This document shows positions 50,795 to 64,000 of a stretch of DNA of 64,000 nt, piece after piece. The notes beneath the pieces were generated by a model. It saw only the letters and a list, made by a program, of their open reading frames with translations, was not told the DNA's origin and ran no database searches. Position 1 is the stretch's first letter; every line of letters begins with the position of its first letter. The stretch is from Fistulifera solaris (taxonomy: Eukaryota). The stretch spans positions 682,001-746,000 of the forward strand of contig AP026169.1 in the NCBI GenBank assembly GCA_030295235.1. Reading direction: 5' to 3'. The position numbers and the translations under genes are program-made.

Positions 50795-51614
50795 ATGTTT
50801 TATCAAATGTCACACGTAGTTATTTGTCTACTTCTTTTGGAAATGGTGTGCCTGAAGGGGATGGCGTTTGTTACAACCGGCAAATCGTCACCCCGTCGTC
50901 CACTCTCATCAAATCTTCGTATGTCGGACGTATCTCTCGATCCTGCTGAAACGGCGATCGTTTTTATTGAATATCAGAATGAATTTACGACTCCCGGTGG
51001 GAAATTGCATGACGCTGTCAAAGATTCCATGGAGAAAACGAATATGCTTTCCAATTCTGCTCGGTTGGCCGTCTCGGCAAGGGCGGCCGGATGCACCATT
51101 ATCCATTGCCCGATCAATTTTGAACCAGTAAGTGGCGGAGTGAATCGTCATCGCGCGCTTTCTAGTAGTCTATTATCTCATTACTTCTCAGGGACACAAC
51201 GAAATTAGTAAAAACCCGTACGGCATTTTGGCAGGAGTCAAGGAAGGCGCTGCTTTCACAGCGGGAGAATGGGGAGCCGAAATCTGTGATGCCATGAAGC
51301 CTGTGCCGGGAGATCTGGTTGTCAAGGGGAAATCGGGTCTGTGTGGCTTCCAGTCTACGAATTTGGAGTTTTTGTTAGGACAGACTGGCGCAAAGAATGT
51401 CGTGCTGGGTGGCTTTCTGACCAATTGCTGCGTCGAGTCGACAATGCGATCCGCTTACGAAAGAGGGTTCAAAGTATATACCCTGAAAGATTGTGTTGCT
51501 GCTACTTCTATGGAAGCTCAAGAAGCTACGCTGGCATACAACTTTGGAATGTTTTCAATTGTCACCACAAGTGATGCTATCGTTGAAGCACTCTCGTCCA
51601 CTGTGACAGCGTAA
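50795..51614 (+). CDS. Isochorismatase-family cysteine hydrolase with plastid-type presequence
   Basis: TAIVFIEYQNEF, VKGKSGLCGF, GGFLTNCCVESTMRSAYERGF; presequence ...KGMA-FV; intron 51128-51191. Confidence 0.9.
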
Positions 51615-51718
51615 CCTAGGAGCTTTTCAAAAATCAGATTAACAACTACGTATCACTATAGGAGTAACAACGACTTGTTTTCTATGAAGTAATTTATATG
51701 CATTTTTTCAAGGTGGTG

Positions 51719-53346
51719 TTACTCTTCCGCCACGAGATCCCAAGCATCGGGGTGAAATCCAGCGTACACGGTCACGAGTGCTTCGTTGAATTGAGCTTGA
51801 TAAGTGAGCAAAGGTAAGTCATTGGGCGTGTTGATAAAAGGGTTCTCCAATTCAAGTGCAACTTCATGCAATCCCATAAAACATAACGTAGTGGCAAAAT
51901 TTAGTAAACAAGACATCCAGACCCGTTTCACAAAAGTCGCAAACAACAGCGGGAAAGTGAAAAGAATTGCCAAAGAAAAGAATGCGATCATTTGGTCGTG
52001 AGGAAATGGGAACGGTACATAAGCAATTTTTCTGGCGTTGTTGTAACCAACGACGCCGTCGCTGATAAACTGAAAAATGCGACTCAAATGCGGAGATGCC
52101 ACGTTGCCTGTGCTACCATTCAGATACTCGCGACTCACAAACTCTTGCAACCAAAGCGTGCACAAGGACATTTTCGCATACGGCCCCTTCGCCCGGTGCA
52201 GTAATTCGACTTCCGCATCACTCACGCCACCCAAAATGGAAAAGGGCCGTGCTGCGTTATATAATGTTCGGTAGTCCTCAGAGCGGTCTAAGCTAAGAAC
52301 AAAGTCAATCACTTGACCGAAGTAAGATCCACCGTTGTATTGTGCTCGCATCTCATCGGAGTCGGCGTCGGGGTCTAATTTGGGCCAGGGTCTGTGTATT
52401 CACAAAGATACGTACGCGTATGAGCGAAAGACAGAAGAATGGCCGCCAATTGCCTCGTATCAACTTACTTTCCAGGAAAATACTCCACCAGCGGGATCTC
52501 CGCACAATCCAAATCATTTCTTAAGGTTGACATGGCTACGCCCGACAGTAAACTAAACAGATGAGCCAGTTCCTGAAGAAACAGACTCGGGACGGGCATA
52601 CGAGACGCTTTTGCTTCCAACAAATGGCGATCCGGTCGGCTTTGTTTGACGAGCGATGGTCGTGCTTCATTCTTATTGGTTGTGGGTACAAACTGCTCTT
52701 GAAAGCGAATAGGTACGGGTATACGACTGGAGAGTGTATTCGCATCGATATTCTGGCTATCAATGCGTTTCGGAGCATGTCGAATCGAAATTCGTTTCTC
52801 TACTTCGGTCGCCAGTGAGTGCTGTTTGGTCGACGACCACCACCTCCGGGTCTCTTTACGATTTCTCTCTTCCTGTTCCTGCATAATTTGTTCAACCAGC
52901 TGGGTAGTCTCCAGCATGCTTGGCGTTTGAAAGTGTCGTATCTTTTTCTTTTTCTTGTTGTTGAGATTCTCCAATCGTATTTGAGCAGCTCTACCAAATG
53001 ACATGGGTCGAATATCGTCGTACGCGGCCGATTGCAGATGGAAAGAAGCAAGATGAGTCGCGGCATCCAGCCATTTGCTCAGCATGCCATGTATCGCGCT
53101 CGCTCCCTCCCAATATCGCTGATACGCATAATTGAGTCGAAAGGTCAATAGCAACGAAAAGAAGATGACGAATACAGCAATCGTATCCGCATGTCGCGCA
53201 ATAGGTAAATCATTCTTTCGGAATTTGTTGAAGAATCCTGTACAGATGGTACTGAGCAAAGATGGGAGAAAAGCCTTGTAGAGAGCGGAGCCGTGCGTGC
53301 GCCGCAACAGCATCAATCCGAACGTTCCGGACTCGTAGGTAATCAT
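51719..53346 (-). CDS. Bestrophin-like (YneE/RFP-TM) anion channel, paralog 1
   Basis: LLLTFRLNYAYQRYWEG, ARKIAYVPFPFPH, GLHEVALELENPFINTPNDLPL; intron 52392-52468. Confidence 0.88.
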
Positions 53347-53660
53347 TATTTCACTTGCGCTGTCTTCGACTTCCTGAGACCACTTTATTGCAACGAAGCT
53401 TGTGATATGTTTGATCAAATGATACGACTATCATTCAAACTCCTGTTCAAGTTCGTTAATATCATTGTTCTGTCGTTTTGTTTTGACGCAATAGACGCGT
53501 AATAGAAATGAGATGATGACGTCGTGCCCAAAAATGCTTCCATTCGTAATTCGTAACTACGGGACTGCAGTTTTAGTCGTTAGCGGGAAGTCACCAGATC
53601 ACTCCTACATTTTACTCCATAGCAAAGAAATGTAGCTACGACATTCGATCAAAAAAATCT

Positions 53661-53742
53661 GGAAAGGACGTTAAAATTCTGCCTCTGGTACCAAGATTCT
53701 ACGTAGCATCCACGATGAGGCAGAATTTTAACGCCGTTTCCT
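53661..53742 (+). repeat. ~80-bp hairpin element, copy 2
   Basis: ggaaaggacgttaaaattctgcctc...gattctacgtagc...gaggcagaattttaacgccgtttcct. Confidence 0.9.
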
Positions 53743-54115
53743 GCCGATTGTCATAAATGTCCTTGAAACTTCCACCAACATAGCTAATTGGTAATGATCG
53801 ACTATACAGTAATAGGTAATCGACATCAATTCAAATTCAAAACGGGTGCCCGGAGTTTGCGTCAATTCGACTTTGTCAGTTTTCGGCTCTAGTTTGACCA
53901 ATATCATTAGAACACTCACCAACATTGATTCGTCGTGCCAATAAGTTTGGATGAAGGATTCAACGCTGTGAATGTCTATGCGATTTTCGTGTAGTCGTCG
54001 TAGAAATTTTATCGATGTACCAGTAGGTGCTAATTCGGCCAATTTGCCATGAATAACATTAAAACTTTCACTTTTACGTGTACTTGTACGTAGTACTTGA
54101 TGTTGGCATCGTACC

Positions 54116-54197
54116 AGGACACAGCGTTAAAATTCTGCCTCATCGTGGACGCTACGTAGAATCGTGTACTTGGAGGCAGAAGTTTAACGTCCTTCCC
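54116..54197 (-). repeat. ~80-bp hairpin element, copy 3 (inverted)
   Basis: The reverse complement reads gggaaggacgttaaacttctgcctccaagtacacgattctacgtagcgtccacgatgaggcagaattttaacgctgtgtcct. Confidence 0.9.
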
Positions 54198-54373
54198 AGG
54201 TACAGTCCCAGGTACCATGTACCGTACCACGAAGTCCAAGCGTACCGACGACTGCCAGGCCACATCATTCGCAACTCGCAACAACCTTTCGAAACTCAAA
54301 ACATGCTCTTTTTTGCTTCGTATTGTTTTGTGAGGATTATTTACAAAGAATGAATGAAAATGATTGAAGCTCC

Positions 54374-55815
54374 ATGATCACTGGATCTGTTATTGCGAGT
54401 AGAGCGCTTTTTCCTTTTCTTGTTGTCGTCCTAAATTGCATTACGACGATTCGAGGACTGTCGGTTTCGAACAAGATCATGGCGAGTCGTCGCATGGTCC
54501 TCATTTTATCAGGACCCACCGCCGTGGGCAAATCAGCCATCGCGGCTCAAGTCTGCCAGCAAATTGGCGGTCTCATCGTTTCGGCGGATTCTGTTCAAGC
54601 TTATCGGGAAGTACAAATTGGTGCGAACAAACCGACCCGAGAAGAACGCATCGAAACCCCTCATCTTCTCGTGGATGTCGTCGATGGTGATATTCCGTAC
54701 AATGCTGCAGAATGGACAAGGGATGCTCATTTTTGTATTCAACAACTTTTACAAAATGAATCGCATCAGAGAAACGAAAAGACAGTTCGGGTAGAAAGCG
54801 ATGAACACGAAGAACAAAAACGACGTAAAGAAATCGAACAATCAATACATGATGCGCGTCAGTTAAAGAATTTGACGGGCTCCGTGACTCCAGTGGTAGT
54901 GGGAGGAACCATGATGTATCTACAGTGGCTTGTACATGGGAGACCTGACGCTATTCCACCCACGTCAGAAGCTATTGCGCAGGCCGTGTCGACGTTGGAA
55001 CCGTACATAGCGGCAGGAGATTGGTCAGGTGCTGTCGTGCATGTACAAAGTAAATACGGCGAACCATTCGCAACACAGGCAGCTAAATTGTCTTTGAACG
55101 ACTGGTATCGCTTGCGTCGTGTACTGGAAGTAGTCTTCACCGAAGTTGATGGTGCAGCGCGATCAACTTTTTCGGGAGAACGACAAGGGGGTTGCTGGAT
55201 CTTTACGAGGATGTTCGGTGTTTCTTTTTTTGCCCCAATGATCGTTACGCGCATGCACATCTTATCGACGATCGTTGTGAACAAATGATTCAAAGAGGGC
55301 TGTTGAGTGAAACCGCTGATTTGGACTTGCCAGAAATGGTTCGCAAAGCGATCGGCTATCGACAAACGTTGGATTTCTTATGCTCCGAGGAGCCTTCTTT
55401 TGATAATTACTTGACTGAATTTCAAGGAGCAACTAGGCGATATGCCAAACGACAAATGCAGTGGTTTCGAAAGGATCCAGAGTTCTTTTTTGTGCCGGTT
55501 CAACTTGATGACAAGGATCGTATTGAAAAGGCTACGGAGCAAGTCATGAAACTAATACGAATGTCGCGCCCGGAATACGATCAAATGCTAGCGTCCAAAG
55601 ATGAGCTCAACCACCAGACACGGACCATGAACGAAGAGCAAGGAAAGACAATGAAAACCTTTCAGACGAAAATTACTCGTTTAAAACCTGGTTCCAAAGA
55701 ACGACAACGGATCATGGAAGAAGCCAATGCCTGCATAGCCCGCTTTCAAAAGAGCAATCGAAAGGGCTCAGAACCGTTGCCGTATAAACGACCAAATGCG
55801 GATATTTCTGAATAA
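54374..55815 (+). CDS. miaA: tRNA dimethylallyltransferase (IPP transferase), probably organelle-targeted
   Basis: SGPTAVGKS, VSADSVQAY, IGANKP, VVGGTMMY, NDWYRLRRVLEV, KAIGYRQ, ATRRYAKRQMQWFR; N-terminal hydrophobic signal; frame break at a G-run near 55190. Confidence 0.93.
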
Positions 55816-56467
55816 AAGTCCAGTATTGACTTGGGTTATCTGATGTATCTATCCTCGCGCAATACTATGCTTTACTCGGGGTAGTTAAGATGCTGATTGT
55901 CACTCAGCATCAACGATGATGCGATCACAATGGACTTATCTAGGTTCTTTTTCGTTCATTTCTTGAAAAGTCTAGGTTTACTATGAAAACGGTCCCGTAC
56001 CCGAACAAAGTGCTGTGCGTAAGTCAAGCTTCGTGCGCTTCGTTACTTTTCTGTTTTAGTAAATTACAAACTATGATCTGCTAGAACGTCCTGTGGAGGT
56101 CTCGTCGTCCAAATTCAATTTTCCCGATTGGATTTCAGCCATGATGAATCATCATCATTATGGTTCGATGTTGATGGGGAGCAAGTGACGTGGCCTGACG
56201 TAGCAAATATTTCATGCGCATGGTTAATGGAAGTACTGTTTAAGAAACGATTTTCTGTATTCTGGCATGCGGCTTTATCGGCCTACACAGTGAACAATAG
56301 TCGCACCACAGGGTGGGACCGTTTTGCTTCCATGGAAGAAACCACACAGCGGATGCAAATGATGATGCAAGGCGTTTTGAGGCGACGACGAGCAACAAAA
56401 CAATAAATGCTCCTCGTCGTCGACTAAGCTGTTAGTGAGGCAGAAAAGGATTCGTTATAGTTGCAAA

Positions 56468-58153
56468 ATGATTCAATACAAGCACGGGGTCTTTGGCTTG
56501 CACCTGCTCTTTCGTTTAAATGGTAAGTATGACACGACGATCTCATGCAATCTCACTTCACGAAAGCGTTCCTTAAAACGCCCTCGTACTTCAAAAACAG
56601 GTTCTGCTTTGTGCAAAGCCGTCACACCCTCTATTCTGAGCAGTATTGTTTTTATTCTTCTTTGGCAATTCACCAACATCAACAATGATGACGCGCAACT
56701 ATTCTTTCATCCATATCCCATCGGCGCACTCATTGGTTGTTTTACATTTATGCTCGCCTTCCGAGCCAATTTTAGTTATAATCGATGGTGGGAAGCAATG
56801 ACGAGCGTATATCAGATGCATAGTAAATGGTGTGATGTGGCTATGGAGCTAGCTGCTTTTCATCTTCAATCGGAACATTACCAGAAGCCTCCGGCATTTG
56901 GTGCGCACCCCGAACTTACGTGTCTCGTCGAACGAGAGCGAGAACGACGGAATGCCACGACGTTAGAAGAGCTGGAAAATCAACTAGACGAAATGATTGA
57001 AAATAAACAAATAGCATCAAGAGGATTTCATACTCTGCTTTCGAAACGAAAAAGCACCAAGAACATGAGTAGGAAGAATGGTTCGCCGGAAACCAAACGT
57101 AACAATAGCAAGTCTAGTGAACACAAGTCAGCCAGCCATAAGAAAAATTACGGTATCGATTGGTTGCGCAGCAAATTGATCACAAAGACCAAGGGAGCCG
57201 TTTTGAAAACAGCCAACAAAAATATACCCAAAGCGTGGGAGGACGACTCTCCTCCACTTTTCTTGCAAGAAGCGGCTCATCTGCTGTCTCTGCTTTCGGC
57301 TGTAGCAATGAGTACCTTGCGTAACGATCTAGAAGAGGCTGGCTCGCCTCTGATGGTATTTACACCGGGTGCGCCGTTTCCGCACGTTGATCCGGATGAG
57401 TACGGTGCGGATGTACGCAAAGATTGGAATGTATCCCGATATGCCATTGTATCGGCGATGCGGTTCATGCTGGGTACTCATCGCAATTCGAAAAGTCGGA
57501 CTCTGTACAATGCAGCTCGTCCGTTTCGCGTGATTGGTGATGTCAGTGATGCCGAAGTAGAAATGTTGCAGGCGGCGCGAGGTCCTCTGGCGAAAGTTGC
57601 ACTCTGTACCATGTGGTTGGAAGAGTTCATTTGTCGCGAGTACATGAGTGGCAGCACCGGGAAAGTATCCTCGCCCATTATTAGTCGATTATTTCAATTC
57701 ATAAGTGATGGCATGCTGGGATACAATCATGCTCGCAAAATTGCTTACATTCCGTTCCCCTTTCCCCACGCACAAATCACAAGCTTTTTCGTTCTGGTGG
57801 TCATGTGCCTCATTCCCGTCCTCATGCTGACGTATCTCGACAATGAAGCATTTGGATTTGTGTTAAACTTTTTGACGGTGCTCTGTTTCTCTGGTCTACA
57901 CGAAGTTTCGCGAGAGCTCGAGGCTCCTTTCATGAATGCGCCCAATGATATTCCTCTCAACAATTTTCAAGCTCAATTCAATGAGTCGTTGATTACCATG
58001 TTCTTTGGTTGTCATCCGGATGCGTACTGGGAGCTTCATGAGCAAGGCGAAGAGGTTTTAGATAATGATCAAAAAGCAAAGAGTGACAAAGATGATAATC
58101 AGAAGAAGGCTGATGGAGACTCGGTGCCCATGTCCGTGATTGCTGAACAATAG
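56468..58153 (+). CDS. Bestrophin-like (YneE/RFP-TM) anion channel, paralog 2
   Basis: MLAFRANFSYNRWWEA, ARKIAYIPFPFPHAQ, GLHEVSRELEAPFMNAPNDIPL; in-frame intron 56523-56600. Confidence 0.9.
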   Translation: MIQYKHGVFGLHLLFRLNGKYDTTISCNLTSRKRSLKRPRTSKTGSALCKAVTPSILSSIVFILLWQFTNINNDDAQLFFHPYPIGALIGCFTFMLAFRANFSYNRWWEAMTSVYQMHSKWCDVAMELAAFHLQSEHYQKPPAFGAHPELTCLVERERERRNATTLEELENQLDEMIENKQIASRGFHTLLSKRKSTKNMSRKNGSPETKRNNSKSSEHKSASHKKNYGIDWLRSKLITKTKGAVLKTANKNIPKAWEDDSPPLFLQEAAHLLSLLSAVAMSTLRNDLEEAGSPLMVFTPGAPFPHVDPDEYGADVRKDWNVSRYAIVSAMRFMLGTHRNSKSRTLYNAARPFRVIGDVSDAEVEMLQAARGPLAKVALCTMWLEEFICREYMSGSTGKVSSPIISRLFQFISDGMLGYNHARKIAYIPFPFPHAQITSFFVLVVMCLIPVLMLTYLDNEAFGFVLNFLTVLCFSGLHEVSRELEAPFMNAPNDIPLNNFQAQFNESLITMFFGCHPDAYWELHEQGEEVLDNDQKAKSDKDDNQKKADGDSVPMSVIAEQ

Positions 58154-58404
58154 AGTGCCAACGAGGAGATGTACATGCAATTACGTATTGTAGATAATTG
58201 TATTAGGTTTGTTATAGACCATGTATGCATTCTTTCCTTTTGGAGGTTCTACCGTGTTGCTATCAATGCCACGCATCCCTTGGTGTCGAGGGCGAAAGTC
58301 AAGCATCGTATGCAATGTGCATCTCGGAATAGAAGTTTCACGGGTTCTAGACCAACTATGAAGTACAAACGCTGCCGCAAGCAAGATTACCTTGACTATG
58401 CTCC

Positions 58405-58929
58405 TCAGTGCACCAAAGATCGCAGCTTCTTACAGGGTTTTCTTCGGAAGAAGTTGAGAAATTTCCGTATTCTCGTGGGTGGTCCAGTGACTGGTGGTTC
58501 CTTTTTTGGCGGAAGGGAACGATGGCTGTTTTGATTCTCGTATTGTCGACGTGCTTCTTCTTCGTCTCTCAGACCCAGTATTCGGGCATCATGTGATGAT
58601 TCTTTGGAAAATGGTGCATACGCGTCAATTACCGATCTATGTTGCCGTTGGGCGTTGAAAACTGCTTCTTTTGATTCGTTCGCTTTGTCTTGCATGGCCT
58701 GATGAAACAGTGATTCCAGTCCTCGAAAGGATTCTTGATCCGGTGCAGGAATAGGCCCTCCCATTTTGACCATACCCACTGCGAGTTTATTCCGCATCTC
58801 GGTCCTCATACAGTCTTCGTAGGAATACCATAATTTTGAAAGATCGGCTTCTTCTATAATGGCATCATTCTTGTGGGAGACAGTATTTTCTTGAAAACTG
58901 ACTCGACGTTCTGTGGATTGTTCGCTCAT
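58405..58929 (-). CDS. Hypothetical protein (RVSF...LWYS...FRGLE family)
   Basis: 174-aa ORF with RRVSF, LWYSYED, FRGLE and ARILGLRDEEEA motifs. Confidence 0.7.
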   Translation of the reverse strand: MSEQSTERRVSFQENTVSHKNDAIIEEADLSKLWYSYEDCMRTEMRNKLAVGMVKMGGPIPAPDQESFRGLESLFHQAMQDKANESKEAVFNAQRQHRSVIDAYAPFSKESSHDARILGLRDEEEARRQYENQNSHRSLPPKKEPPVTGPPTRIRKFLNFFRRKPCKKLRSLVH

Positions 58930-59393
58930 TGCTGATAATGATTGAAGTCAGGTAAAAGTATGGTGGATATATGTTTTGATAAAAGCGTTTGTAGAATGAT
59001 GTCAAGAACATGATTCGCATTCCGTGGGGGGTGAGAAAGAAAGTGATGCTTTCAACGAAGGCGAGTGTCACGATATTGTGAGACGCGGTTCCCATTTTGT
59101 CTTTTCGAATCTTGATGAATACCGGAAAACGTAAATTTGTGAGTACCGTAGGCGCATGCAAATACGGCACGGAGTAACGGTACGATCGTTGAGTTTTTGG
59201 TGGGGAAAAAGGTCGAAAATAACGCGCCATCGACGTTACCTGCTATTGTTATTGTTGCTGTTGATCTCCAATAGTCTTCCCATCAGATACTAATGCGATC
59301 AATCAAAACTCTTGCTGGATTCAAGTATATCTGAAAGCATAATTAAGCCATGAGTTGTGGAAGTTGACGTGAAGGGAAAGTACTCATCCAATC

Positions 59394-61235
59394 ATGGAGG
59401 ATCTTTATCGACAACTGATGCATCGCAATGCGCGAGAAACGGCCCCATTCATTGCAATTCATGAATCAAATGCCAGTTTACTTCATCAAGTAGATTCGTT
59501 ACAAGAAAAGTGGAATCGTGCTGAAAGAGAAGTGCATTCATTGCGACAGCAATTACGTGATAACTCGAATCCAGCGACGGGTAGTACCAACGCGGCCGTC
59601 GCGGCAGCTCTGCAAAACGAAAAACGAATCCGTGATAAGTTAGAAAAGCTGCAAGAAGAGTTCAATCAAAAATTAAAAGTTGATAATGAACAAAAGGCCC
59701 TGGCATTGCAGACCAGTCGCGATTTAGCGGAACTCAAAGATCTGCATGCGGCGCAAGAAAAGACAATCGTTTGTTTCGAAGAAGCCAAGTTGCAGTCCGA
59801 TCGTCTCATTGAGCATCTACAAAATGAAGTAGAGAATGCGACATCGAATGCAAAACTGGCGGAACAGCAATTTGATGGTCTTAAGAAAACGATCCGATGT
59901 CTTCAGGAAGAAAACGATAAATTGCAGAAAGAAAATAGAGATTATGAAAGTCGATTTGTTTCCGACAAAGAAAAAATGGTGCATGAGATGAATCTTATGT
60001 CAGAGACGATGGAAAAGTTAAAGAAAGAAAATGAAATGTTGCGTTCTTATCAAGTACAAGAGGCGAAGCAGAGTTCGTGGAGTCTTTTCGGATTGGGTAA
60101 ATTGTCGTCCGAATCTAAAGACGCTGCAAAAACAGCGCATGAGCCACCAAAGAATGACACTCGAAAATGGGGAAATTTCAATGTTGTGGTACCGACAACA
60201 CCCAAGCACATCTTGAGCTCGCATCCAGGGAAAGAGGGGACCTGTGTGCGCTATGACACGTGCGGAAACGATCTAGTGGTCACCTGTGGAATGGATAGCA
60301 CTGTGAAAGTTTGGGACGCCGGTACGGGTGCTTTACGAGCCACGTTTCATGGGTCAACGTCGTATCCTACTCTATCGTGCGACGTTTACGATAACTTGGT
60401 TGCAGGCGCTAGTACGGATAAGACCTGCCGTGTTTGGAATGTACGGACACAGCGTATGGTAGGTGGCATTGTAGAACGTCTTGCTTTTTCACTTTTTCAC
60501 TCATCAAAGTCGTTAGCTGCATCATCTTGTAGGTCATCAGCACAAAGTAAATTGTGTTCGATTGAATGGCTCGGAGAAGTCTGTTATAACGGCATCGTCA
60601 GACCGATCAATCAAGGTGTGGGATATCAATCGAACGACTTATCGACAAACTACAACACTTCGACACAGCTCGACCACAAGCTGCCTCGACATTCCCTCCG
60701 ATCCCAACACGTTGTGTTCCGGTCATATGGATGGCGCTGTGCGTGGTTGGGACCTCCGAAGTGGAAGTCGGTGTTTTGATTTTACTGGTACGTTCGTTCA
60801 TGTTCTTGCAAACTGATTGGAAAACCCGTCCTCTCAGCTTTCCTTTGCCATTGCACAGATTTACATGGTGGCGGGGTGACATCGATTCACCTTAATCGCG
60901 CAAATAGTACAGAAGTGGTCACCAATGGATTGGATTCATGCCTGAAACTCATCGACATCCGGACCGGGATACCCCTGCAAACATTTCGCCACAAAGACTT
61001 TGTGACATCTCAAAGCTGGTCATCTGGTGTTGTTAGTCCAGACGGAAAGCTCGTGGCGGCGGCTTCCAACGAAAGTGGAGCACTCTTCATCTGGAACACA
61101 AACGATGGATCTTTACGAGCCAAACTAGACGATCACCAAAGCGGGGTCTGTGCTATTGATTGGAATCAAGGGGGACCCAGCGGACAGCAAGTTGCAACAA
61201 TGGATCGAAAAGGGACCCTGATTCTTTGGGCTTGA
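59394..61235 (+). CDS. ATG16: Autophagy protein ATG16L (ATG5-binding helix, coiled coil, WD40)
   Basis: N-terminal MEDLYRQLMHRNARE helix, long coiled coil, WD40 repeats (TCGMDSTVKVWD, ASTDKTCRVWN, TASSDRSIKVWD, SGHMDGAVRGWDLRS); introns ~60459-60532 and ~60789-60859. Confidence 0.85.
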
Positions 61236-61353
61236 TGCCTTATTAAGTACATTTTAGAATTGACCTCGCGTACAGACATGGTGAAGTCAATCAATATCAC
61301 AACGAATCTCTAGACTTTCTGATCTACCTGATTAAAAATAAGCAACCAAGATA

Positions 61354-61928
61354 TTAGTTGAGACTAACTCCAATGGCCATTCCCATCTCCTTGGTGATTT
61401 CCATTTCGATTTGGGCTTCCGCTTGCTCGATCGAACCAGCCGTGGCCGATGAAAACTTGGTGCGTGCGGCATCGTACTTTTTCGCGACTTCCGAAGGATC
61501 AATATCGTCTAGTTTTACTGCTTCTGGGCAGATGACATCCTGTCAAATACAAAAGAGAAAGGTTGATTGAGATGAAATACAAAAAAAGCGACGGAACGAG
61601 CCCTTGTGCCTGCTTAAACTTACAGTAGTCGAATCGGGGTGGGTGAGGGCATATCCTCCCGCCACAAAGTACTTTTCCGGATCCGCAGATCCCTCTTCAT
61701 GCAGAATTTTGACAACACCCGGTTTAAGTTGCGAAACGTAAGGAACGTGATTTGCCGTAATACCGTATTCACCGCCCATACCCGGAAGGATCACCGAATG
61801 AACCGACGCTCCCTTGTAAAGGGTCTCTTGGGGAAGGCAAAGTTGAGCTTGACAGCGGTGGCCGCTTCCGTACTCATGCATCGTGTCGCCGAGCGTCGCA
61901 AGAAAGATGAAGCAGTTCGACTCAACAT
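61354..61928 (-). CDS. ATP5F1D: Mitochondrial F1-ATP synthase delta subunit
   Basis: Presequence MLSRTASSFLRRSATRCMST; VILPGMGGEYGITANHVPYVSQLKPGVV, KYFVAGGYA; intron ~61542-61623; one frame break at a G-run near 61832. Confidence 0.92.
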
Positions 61929-62326
61929 GATTCAATTTAAATATTGTTAAATGAAAATATTATTTAAACAAGCCAATCTTACTACGTCAACAGCAAGGGC
62001 AACAACGGGTACAGCGACGACGCGAACGACACTACGGAAGCCAGCATCGTCTGTCATCTGTCTCGCAATCGGAGGAGTGTCAACGCACTCTCTCTCCACG
62101 TGCGGGGTGTACTTTTTCATTCAGACTCCTAAGCGATGTGACGTAGTGAACGTCACAGCCCAATCTTTTCTTCGCTTTTCCGCCTACGTAAGGACAAGCT
62201 AGAAAATGTACGGAGCACGGGACGTCCGTCTACCGATCCCAGCAAGTTATTCATCGGTATCGGTCACCTTCGCAGCGACCGCCTCGTTGAATTTATCGCG
62301 TGTGTTTTATCATTTACAAAACAACC
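61929..62326. promoter_or_regulatory. Putative bidirectional promoter with clustered ACGT cores
   Basis: About 400 bp between divergent start codons; ACGTCA 61984, CACGTG 62097, inverted TGTGACGT-agtga-ACGTCACA 62137-62157, TACGTA ~62185, GACGTC 62221. Confidence 0.55.

Positions 62327-64000
<1,674 letters not shown>

Noticed and set aside
53728..54353. Short ORFs overlapping the hairpin copies, with peptide similar to 26824-27165
   Set aside because: The similarity is only the translated DNA repeat; there are no transposase motifs.

Overview
Gene-dense eukaryotic nuclear DNA, most consistent with a diatom. Evidence: short GT-AG introns of about 65-260 bp, several bipartite signal+transit presequences with ASA-F-like cleavage sites, and a nuclear-encoded plastid S1 and SecE. 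About 29 protein-coding genes are supportable: P5A ATPase, PH/coiled-coil protein, DIM1, a Kir-like channel, a large BEACH/WD40 protein, a bZIP factor, plastid SecE and RPS1, cytosolic RPS11, a LETM1-like protein, a Tat-type thylakoid-lumen protein, PIG-M, a VPS9 GEF, a globin, an isochorismatase-family hydrolase, two bestrophin-like paralogs flanking miaA, ATG16L, and head-to-head mitochondrial F1 delta/beta genes. Many conserved genes are split by 1-bp indels in homopolymer runs, most likely assembly errors. The most notable signals are: (i) an ~80-bp hairpin element present in three copies, two of them forming an inverted pair; (ii) many unrelated 7-bp tandem micro-duplications in intergenic DNA; (iii) a Kir-like channel with a TVGYT filter and a zinc-finger-like insert; (iv) a globin lacking the proximal His; (v) GTAC-based palindromes and a second, 17-bp inverted-repeat element. 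No CRISPR array, rRNA, tRNA or transposase was recognised. Coordinates were read by eye and may be off by a few bases.
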